64,000 nt of DNA from Elusimicrobiota bacterium (lineage in GTDB: Bacteria; Elusimicrobiota; Elusimicrobia; F11): NCBI GenBank assembly GCA_044221725.1, contig JBGAON010000005.1, forward strand, positions 192,001-256,000, read 5' to 3'. The number at the start of each line of letters is the position of its first letter. The first letter of the stretch is position 1. Positions 1-9,200 of this stretch are shown one piece after another. Made by a program: the position numbers and the translations under genes. The notes under the pieces are model-generated. The model made no database searches, was not told the origin of the DNA, and was given only the letters and a program-made list of their open reading frames with translations.

Positions 1-1
1 G

Positions 2-3000
2 ATGATCATCAACGCGGCGGATGCCGTTTATGGCGTTGCGAAAAAGCACGGTGAAGTGATGCGCCGCATGCCGCTCTTAAACGAGTTTGCGTCAAAAATC
101 GACTCCATCACGAATGGCGTCAGCCCGAAATGGATGGCGAAAGAGTTTGGAAGTATCGAAAACGTGAAGCGGTTATCAAACACGCAACTTCTCGAAATCA
201 AAAATAAAAAGCGAATGGAGTTGTTCCGTTGGATCGAGAAACGTAACGGGATGAGAGCCGGATGGGCAGACGACATGATTGCCGCAAACAATCCCATTGG
301 TTTGTGGACGCGCAGAATTGTCGGTTACAAGCGTATGGACGTGTTCACGCGGCTCATTGAAGATGAGCACATGCGAGAAGAGTTTCTTAAATCCGGAATT
401 GTCTTCGTTATTGGAGGACGTATTCATCAAGACGATACGTTCGGCCAAGACCATTACGCTCGAATCCAGAAAGTTGTTCACAGGGATCCTCGGCTCAAAG
501 ACTTCGTGGTGTTTTTTGACAATTACAATACCTGGGAAGCGAAGCGATTGATGCAGGGTGTGGATTTTTCGACGATGCTCGCCGACGATGGCTACGAAGC
601 ATCGGCGACGGGGTTCCAAAAGGCATTGTCCAACGGTGCTCTTATTATTGCGAGCCGTGACGGCGCTGTTCCCGAGTCCGTCGTTTTTTATGAACCAAAC
701 TCGGACGAGAATGAAGCCAACGGCTTTGAAGTGCCCTACGTCAGCCAATTTAATCCGGAGAACGGAGCGTGGAAAATGGGTCCGACGCCACAAGGGCTCT
801 TGCACGCGTTTTCATCGTTCCGTCACGTTTTTAACGAAAAAGAAACATTGGGCCGAATGGTTCGCAACGCGTTCAATCTTTCGCCGCGCGTTGACGTCAC
901 TCGCACAGCGATCGACATGCTTACTTTCTTCGAAGATGTCATTGAAGGAAAAGAAATTAAAGACAGTTATTTCCAAAATGGCCGACTGCGGGTTCGGGAA
1001 ATAATATCGGGGATCAATTTCGAGCCGGGCGTTCGCGAACGAATTATCGGCCAACTCGAATTGGTGGAAGGTTTTTCCTGGAAATATCTTCGCTACGGTC
1101 ACGATGAGCAGATTCTCCCGTCGAATTTATTGAACTTCCGTACGAAACCGGATGAGAGACCGGATCGGGGGCTCGCGGCCATGGCGGCGGCCGTCGCTTA
1201 TATTCGGTCCATTGGAACGGTGGGCGAATGGTCGTTGGCTTATCACGCTGCGAATCACGGCGGTATCGGCGACATCCCAACATTTTTCTCGGAAGCCATC
1301 GCGAAGATTCCTGAATTGGCTCCGTTGCGAGACGCGGTGCTGAATATTGGAGAAGCCGCGAAAACGAGCAACAAGCCACAGCATGTCCTGAATCTCAATC
1401 GCATTATTCTTGGAATGATGGAAGCGTTGGTGGAAAGCCTGCGGGAACGCATTCCGATTCGGCAAGAGGAAACGGGAAAATTGAGCGCTCGTCGGCAGGT
1501 TCGTCTTTCGAATTTGCTCCGTTCAAAAATTCAATTTGAAACGCCCGTCCCGAGACTCCAGCAACTTGATCACAATAAAGTCGGCGCTTCTATTCGATTT
1601 CATCTGGAAAATCACATGATTCCACGAACGGAATTTTTTATTCATTGGGGAGAAGTCGGTAAGCCGAACTGGCAGATTGTGCATGTAAACCCCGAAGAAA
1701 TACATCTGTTGGCAAACAATGTGTCGGTGTTGTCCAAGACCATCGATGTCATCAAACCCGGACGCTACGGCGTCACGGTGTTTGCTGTTCCAAAAGGAGT
1801 GGGAGCCGATCCGAAGCACGATGAGCTTCGCGTCTATTCGGCGAGTTATTTCGGTGAAGTGGCGGAGTTTCAGGTCCACGACGAAATGGGCGTGCAAATG
1901 GCAGGGCATTCGCCGGCGCCCGTTCCGGGTGCGATCGGAATTCTTCCGAATTCAAAAATGAGTTTCGCTGATCGCGGTGCGGCGGAAGGCGCGGCGACGT
2001 CCGTGCTCGGAATGGCACTTTTCGCGGGCGTGAATGCGCTCGTCGCGCTTCGTCTCGCGGAATCGCACGTGATCGCTGCATCGTTTGAGCCGTTTGTTCG
2101 GTGGAGCATGGCAACCGCGATTACTTTGATTGTTTCGTTCGCGTTGATTTACGCGGCGCATCGCGCGCTCGGCGTAAAACTGCCGGGGCAGAAGGAACCG
2201 AGTTTCGATCAAAATAGCGTTTGGTCCGCGACACGGGCGGCCAGCGTGAGCTTGTTCGCACCGCTCCTTGCATCGTTTGCCGTTTTTGCACCAATGTGGG
2301 CAACGCTTCCGCTCGTTGGAGTCGGATTTGCCGCGGGAACGCTGTTGCACCGCGAGAAAAACAGGCCTGCCGATTATTATCCACTGACGAACGCCGAAGC
2401 AAAATTGGCGAAAAGTTATGCGCAGCGAACGAAAACGGAAACTTCCGCTGAGATTCTCGCACGTGTTTCGAAATTAACCGAAATTCGCAATGCGGAACTT
2501 GTTACGTATACGACGGAACGTCAGAACCTCTATCGTCACGCGTCCGCGCACGCAGCGGAGCCTTTGAACGCGTTTGCACGCGAAGCCGCTCGATCGGGCG
2601 CACGTCCGAATGTGAAAGTCTTGTCACTTGATAAGCAGCTAAAGACCGGTGATATCGGAATGCTTGTTCCACAGGCAAACAATGCCGCCGAACTCGCAGC
2701 CGAAATTCGTGCAGCGCTTAAACTGGCGCAGCAAAAAGAGATGCGCCAGGTTTCTGTTTATATGATCGCATCGAAAGCGGACATCTTTCAGGAAGTTCGA
2801 AATCCGGACACGACGACGCTGACGCACGCTGAAATTGGAGCGATCACGTTCATCGACGAAACCGCGGTGGACACGAATGAAGAAATCGCCGAGCGCTTAC
2901 TGGACCCCACGATTGGCACGGACGGAAAATTTGACTTGCTCGTGCACGGCGCGCAGGCACTTCCGAAAGCGCTTGCACAATCGTTGGCCGAACTGGGTCG

Positions 3001-3139
3001 CACCGAAAAATACGCAAACAAGGTGAAGCTCAGCATCGCGGATGAGATTTCCGCTAATGCACGCGCGATGGAGTTTTCTGATATGCGCGACATCGAAGCG
3101 CTGCTTAAGTTCTTCGAGCTCGTCGGGAAGTACGCGTAA
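2..3139 (+). CDS. 5'-truncated multi-domain protein: glycogen/alpha-glucan phosphorylase (GT35) C-terminal half + Ig/CBM-like domain + ~4 TM helices + C-terminal domain
   Basis: Motifs WTRRIVGYKR and YEASATGFQKALSNGALIIASRDGA resemble the phosphorylase RRxxxYKR and PLP-lysine motifs (EASGTxxMKxxxNGA...DGA). A HWG...W...PGRYGVTVFA beta-rich segment follows, then hydrophobic helices at ~1980-2360. The frame is open at the window edge, so the true start is upstream. Confidence 0.85.
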   Translation: MIINAADAVYGVAKKHGEVMRRMPLLNEFASKIDSITNGVSPKWMAKEFGSIENVKRLSNTQLLEIKNKKRMELFRWIEKRNGMRAGWADDMIAANNPIGLWTRRIVGYKRMDVFTRLIEDEHMREEFLKSGIVFVIGGRIHQDDTFGQDHYARIQKVVHRDPRLKDFVVFFDNYNTWEAKRLMQGVDFSTMLADDGYEASATGFQKALSNGALIIASRDGAVPESVVFYEPNSDENEANGFEVPYVSQFNPENGAWKMGPTPQGLLHAFSSFRHVFNEKETLGRMVRNAFNLSPRVDVTRTAIDMLTFFEDVIEGKEIKDSYFQNGRLRVREIISGINFEPGVRERIIGQLELVEGFSWKYLRYGHDEQILPSNLLNFRTKPDERPDRGLAAMAAAVAYIRSIGTVGEWSLAYHAANHGGIGDIPTFFSEAIAKIPELAPLRDAVLNIGEAAKTSNKPQHVLNLNRIILGMMEALVESLRERIPIRQEETGKLSARRQVRLSNLLRSKIQFETPVPRLQQLDHNKVGASIRFHLENHMIPRTEFFIHWGEVGKPNWQIVHVNPEEIHLLANNVSVLSKTIDVIKPGRYGVTVFAVPKGVGADPKHDELRVYSASYFGEVAEFQVHDEMGVQMAGHSPAPVPGAIGILPNSKMSFADRGAAEGAATSVLGMALFAGVNALVALRLAESHVIAASFEPFVRWSMATAITLIVSFALIYAAHRALGVKLPGQKEPSFDQNSVWSATRAASVSLFAPLLASFAVFAPMWATLPLVGVGFAAGTLLHREKNRPADYYPLTNAEAKLAKSYAQRTKTETSAEILARVSKLTEIRNAELVTYTTERQNLYRHASAHAAEPLNAFAREAARSGARPNVKVLSLDKQLKTGDIGMLVPQANNAAELAAEIRAALKLAQQKEMRQVSVYMIASKADIFQEVRNPDTTTLTHAEIGAITFIDETAVDTNEEIAERLLDPTIGTDGKFDLLVHGAQALPKALAQSLAELGRTEKYANKVKLSIADEISANARAMEFSDMRDIEALLKFFELVGKYA

Positions 3140-3198
3140 AATCGCGTCGTTTCTTCGTCGCAGAAAATAGCGTTCCGTTACAGAAAATTTACGCGTTC

Positions 3199-3230
3199 TT
3201 AAGGCGAACTTAAGACAGCATTCGTATAGT
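3199..3230 (+). promoter_or_regulatory. Putative promoter: TTAAG direct repeat (11-bp period) followed by -10 element TATAGT
   Basis: TTAAG(3199)-gcgaac-TTAAG(3210)-N10-TATAGT(3225-3230), with ATG at 3237. The same layout occurs at 27127-27158. Confidence 0.6.
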
Positions 3231-3236
3231 GGTTCC

Positions 3237-6200
3237 ATGAGATTTTCGTTACGAAAAGGCAGTGCCGCCTTTATTGCCGGTTCTCTTTTTATCACCCAGG
3301 TTCTCACGAATCCGATGTTGGTGCAAACCTGTTTTGCGCAAAACACCGGATTTGGATTGCGCGCCAGCGCCGATATCTGGACGGAACGTTCGAACCAAAT
3401 TGCTCGCCTAAAATCTCCGCAAGCCGACATTTTTCCAACGCGAGCCGCCGATAACGCGTTTAAACCTTTCTTCCAATCCGTCAATCCATTCGCGCGCGTG
3501 GGCGAAACACACATCGAGAACAACGGCGGCCCCACGGTGTTGTTGCTGCAAGACGTTCACATGAATCTTGAGGCGCAAAAGAACATCGGCGAAGTCTTGT
3601 TGCGCACGCCGAAGAATTCCGTGATCGGCGTGGAAGCGGCCGTTGGCCCTTTTGATTTTTCGAAATTCCGTTCTTATCCGGAACCCAAAATTCTCGCGAA
3701 CATCGCGTCCGTATTGCTGCGCGAAAATTATATTTCGGCGATTTCGTGGATGGGACTCACGGCCAAGGGCTCGCTGCCAACGATTGTCGGCGTCGATGAT
3801 TCCAGTTTGTATGTGAAGAACGTCGACGCGTTCAAGAACACAATTGCGATAAAAGCGGATCGGTTATCCAGCATCGAAACGGCCCTGCAAAAACTCGCGC
3901 ATGAAAAAGCCGATTTGTTCTCCGCTGAAGAAAAAGCGCTCGATGCGTTGATCACGAATTACGAAGCCGGCAACGTCACGCTCGCCGCGTATATCCAATC
4001 GTTGGAACAATCGGTTTCAATGGATGCGTTCCCATCGCTAAAAACGTTGTCGGCCGCGCTTCAGCTGGAAGCGCGTTTGGATCAGAAACAAGCCGAACAA
4101 GAAAGGGAACGGCTTGTTCGAAAGATTTCCGCCACCGATTCCGCCGCGCTCCAACAATTAACAGCCCTCAGTATTTCGCACGGCGCCGGCGAAATGGAGG
4201 CTACGACGTTTTATTCCGAGTTCCGCTCCATATTAAATGCGCATCATATTTCGCTCGCAGCGTACCCGCATTTTTCCACCTACGTCGAATACGCAGCGCT
4301 CGCCGACGGCATCAAGCAAGAAAGAATCTTCAAAGAAATTCAGGATTTGACGAAAGCCGCGATCGGAAAAATCGCGCGCCGTGAGCAAACGAAGCAGCTT
4401 TTTAAACAAGGCCGCACGCTTTTTCTTGCAAAGAAGCTTGTAAATTTCGAACTGACACCGGAAGAGTGGAAGGAATATCAAGTGGGTCCTGGATTGCGAC
4501 ATTCCAGGACGACAGCGTCAGTACCTTCCGGTACGAACTTGGAGGCTTTTTTCGACTTCTACCGCTATGCCGAAGCGCGCAACGAGAAGATGGTGAACAA
4601 TCTTTTGAACGCGCGGGGGAATTCGAACACGATCGTTTTGCTTGCCGGTGGTTTCCACTCCGCTGGTATTCGCGCGCTTCTTCGTGCGCGCGGTGTATCG
4701 TACGCGGTGCTCACGCCGCGCATTTCCCAAGACAATCTTGGAAACGGATCTGCTTACTTGGGCAGTTTCATTCGTGATCGCACGCCACTCGAAAAGCTTT
4801 TCTATGGAGAAAAACTAACGGTTGCTGCGGCGGATACCATTCTTGGCCCATCGAACCCAATTGCTCCGGGCCGCCGCTGGTTGCCCGCGGCTGCCATCTC
4901 GTTGACCGCGGTGCTCGCGGCCGCGTACTTTGCTACGGGCGCAAATCCGAATTTGGAATTGGCCACGCTCTCGGCCTGGATAGCGGGCATTTCGGGCGGT
5001 GTCGCGATTCTGTTGAGCGCCCAAGACCGTCGGGCGCACCTCAATATAAATGGAACAGAAATTGAAGCGGGAGCCGAACTTTCGGCGCCCGCCTATCGCA
5101 CGATCAAAGATGTTCCGGGCCTCGGCAACGTGGGATGGAACACGCACCGCTCCTTTGGCACCGTGATCAAAGGCATTGCGCTGGTTGTTTTTGGAATTGC
5201 GTTTATCAAGTTACTGACGAACGTTTTCGAACCGTTTGTAAAAGCGCGCGACGTGATTGCCGTTGGACATTCTCCGTCATTTCCTATGCGCACGGGTTTT
5301 TTCCGATGGGGATTCTTGCTCACGATTGGCGTCGCTTTCTTGAGCATGGTGACAACCACCCGAGCGTACTTCCATCGGTTTGCGCCGGAAAAAAGTTTCG
5401 GTGACCTTCCTGTTGAGAAGCTCAATTCGATGTCGGACGTCGAATTGTGGAACGAGATAAAAAAGAACGGATACATTCGAATTCATGAACGGCTTCCTTA
5501 TCTGCCCCACGGCGGCAGCCGCGTGGAAGGACGGCTTTGGAATTACTTCCTAACCCATTCGGTGGACGAGCTTGTCCCCGATTTCCAAAAAATGGACGCG
5601 TGGACCGTGGCCCAAGTTTTGCAGAACGAAAACATCATGAATCATGAGCACCGGTTGGCGAAACCGCACAAAATCATGATGGCGCTGTCGCACGAGCAGC
5701 GCTCCGATGTGAGCGACAACATGAAGCTCAAATATTACCGCCAGCTAATGGATCCAACGCGTGTAAAAAAAGTGGTCTACATTGCGAGCGAGGTTCGCGG
5801 AATTTTCCACACAGGCGGCATTGGGGTTGTGGCGGACAGTTTCCCGCGCGCGATGCAGGGGTTTGGTCACGATGTGAGTCAGATCCTTCCTTATTATGAG
5901 GGCGTCGGTATCGAAGAAGAGATTTCCAAGAATGTTGCGGCCGGGATTTGGACGAAAAAAGAATTGTTCCAGAAAATCAATGTGCCAATGGATGGGCATA
6001 TCGTTACCGCGACGGTCGTTCAGATTGATCGGCGCGATCTGCCAACGCTTTATCTGATTCAGAATCCGGAATATTTTGGCCGATACACCATGGGGAAAGA
6101 CAAGCGGGGCAAATTAAATCCCTACTTCCCGGCGAATTTGCCCAATTCGCACGCGAGCTTCACCGAAAGAGAGATGTTGACGCTCGAACGGTTCATTTTC

Positions 6201-9200
6201 TTTGCGAAAGCTTGCATGATGGCCATGCCGGTGCTCAATTTGAACGGCAATGGCGAGGCGCCCGACGTCGTGCACGTGAACGATTGGCAAACCACGCTCC
6301 TGGCGCCGTGGCTGCTGTATTTGCGCGCGACCACGCCCGTCGAATTTCAGCACGATGCCGAAGCCAACCCGTACATGCGCGGCATGAATCCGGCCACTTT
6401 TTCTCGGCTAAAGACGTATTTCCAGAAAACGCAAACGGTGTCCACTCAGCACAACGCGGTCTATCAGGGTCTTTTCTCCGAAAGCGCGCGCTACGAAAAC
6501 ACGTTTGATCGGTTGAAAGACAATTCGTGGGAATTGTTTAAGAAAACCGGACTTCCTTGGGATCCGTTCTTCATGCAGACGGACCAAAAAACCGGTGTTA
6601 CCGAAGAGAAACAGCCGTTTTCGCTGCGTCTCCATGGACAATTCAATTTTTCTTTAGCAATGAAGTCCGCTGATGCGAGTTACACCGTGAGCGAAGCGCA
6701 TGCCACGGAATTGGCGGAAGGTGCGTATCCGGAATTGCCCCGGTTTTATTATTCGCTCACAATGGATGAGCGTTTCACCGGTATCAATAACGCCCCGGAT
6801 GTGGAGCTTCGCAATCCGCGAAACCTTAAAGGGATTATTGCCTATGGTGTGACCGATGTTGAAGAGAAAAAGCCACTCAACAAAATTGCGTTGCTTGAAA
6901 AAGTCGGTCTTGCGAGCGGAAACAAGTCCGATGACGAGGCCAAGTTTGTGGTGGGTGTTGTCGCCCGCGCTGAAAAGGAAAAAGGGTTCGACCTTATTCT
7001 CGAGGCGTTACCCGAAGTGTTGCAGGGGCATGAGCACGACACCGTCGTGGTTGTGCTCGCGAGCGGAAACCCGGAATACGAACGCCGCATGCGCGAATTG
7101 CAGGCGAGTTATCCGCGTAACATCAAATACATCGACAAATTCCTTCCCGAGCTAGAGCCCATGATTACCGTGGGATCCGATTCGCTGCTCGTTCCGTCCA
7201 TTTTTGAGCCGTCGGGCCTCACGCATTACGACGCGATGATCGCTGGCACGTTGCCGATTGTGGCCCCCAGCGGTGGGTTGAATGTGGTACGGGATCCGTC
7301 GGAGGGCATCGAAGCCGCCATTGGCTTCATGATGCGCAGCAAGACCTCGATCGAATTGTCGAAAAAAATAGAAGAAGCGCGTCAAATGTTTTTGAACGAC
7401 AAATCGTCGTGGAACCGAATGATCGACAACGCGATGAACACGGACTTCAGTTGGCCCGACTCCGTGGACAAAGTGATGGACTTGTACGAACGGGCGGAAT
7501 TTTTTGCGCGCATTCAAAAAAACAACAAGATATCGATCAAATCTCCGCGCGGAAAACGGCCGCGGCCACAACTCGTTCTCAATTTCATCTTCAATCTCGC
7601 GCAGAATCTCGAGCAAAGATACGCCGACCCGATCAGCGGTCATGATCTTTATAAGAATAGTTTTTGGGGCGCGCCAAAATACGAAGCCGGATTTTTGTTT
7701 GCACTATTGGCGGGCACGTTTGCTGGATTCGCGGTCGTTCTGCCGGTGACCTGGATGGCGTTGGCCGCCGCCACCATCACCACGATGGTAACGTTTCTGT
7801 TGCTCCATCCGATTCGAGCTGGCCCTTCCAAGGGATCGCCCTCGCTACTTGAATACCGATCGCTCGGTATCCTTTTCATATTCCTGCCGTTTCTCCTTAT
7901 TATTGGGCCTTTAGCGCTTGTTGGTTTGTCTTATATTCCCAATGATCGAACCATTCTTCGCGGGAGCATTTTGGCCGCCAGCCTCGCGATCGGAGCTATC
8001 TCAACCATGCCCGGTCACGCCTGGTGGAACAATCATTCGCCGAAACCTCTCACCGCCGCGCACGCATCGTATGGCGCGCTCGATAAATACTTGACCGGTA
8101 CTGCTGTTAGAGAATTGTTGGCTTTTCGCGGGATGCAATTTCGATACGATGAATCCGATTTTCAATATTTTGCAACCAATCCTCGTATCGTTGGTTTCGA
8201 TCGCAAGACACAGAAGATCGTTCTTCAACCGTTGTTTAATTTCTTGGATCCAATTCCGCCAGCGAACTCTCCAGCCGCTGAAAGAAAAGTGATCGTTGAC
8301 AGAAATATGGAATCCATTCTTCGTCTTTCGCCCCCGATCAATCAACAAGGGCAAATCAATCGTGAAGAGTACCACCGCGTCATAAACGATGCTTTTGAAG
8401 GAAAGCTTGATAAGGTCGAGAAATATCGGGTTATCGATAAAATCGCCTCGCACCCCGATCGGATCTTTGACGCGACCGCGGTTTCCGCGCGGGAACATCA
8501 GATTTCCTTTGTTCGCCTCATCGAGCGTTACGAGCGAGGGGAAATAGCGATCTTTTCCTTGCTCGGCGGTGCCGGCAGTCGTGTGATTCAGAAAAGTAAG
8601 AAAATCAAAGAAAGCATTACCAAGGCGATTCTTTCTACGATTGGTATCCAGATTCCAGCAATTGGACTCGGTACCGGCCCCAAACATCCGCTCTTCCTGA
8701 CAATATTTAAGCATTCGATGCTCGTTACGGTTAAAGCCGTGGCACTTGTGTTTAATACACAGTTGGGTGTTAATGACCACAATATCATGGCCGCGGTGCA
8801 AGACGATCCGCATATGACTCGCGCGATCAGTGAGAAGGTCGAAATCTTAAAGAGTCCTGGCAGCGGTATCCCCATGCAGCGCGTGGCCGACAAAAAAACC
8901 AAGAAGCCGGGTGGCGTGCTATGGACCAACAAGAACGGTAAAGAAATTCCTGACAGCGACGTTAATGTGCGCGAAGGGAATGCGATAACGCGGCCGCGCG
9001 GTCCGGGCGCGTTTTCGGTTTTGATTGCCGCGGCGGTGGATGGCACGCTGCTCAAGTTGCACCGCGATGGCCGTTTGTACGGCCTCATTAGCAACGGAGA
9101 AGATTTGGGGGCCATGCCAAACGAAATGGCGGCCAACTTTATGGAAGAGAATAATCTTCCCATTACGTTTTTCCTTGCCGAGCGCGATGTGAAATATCAA

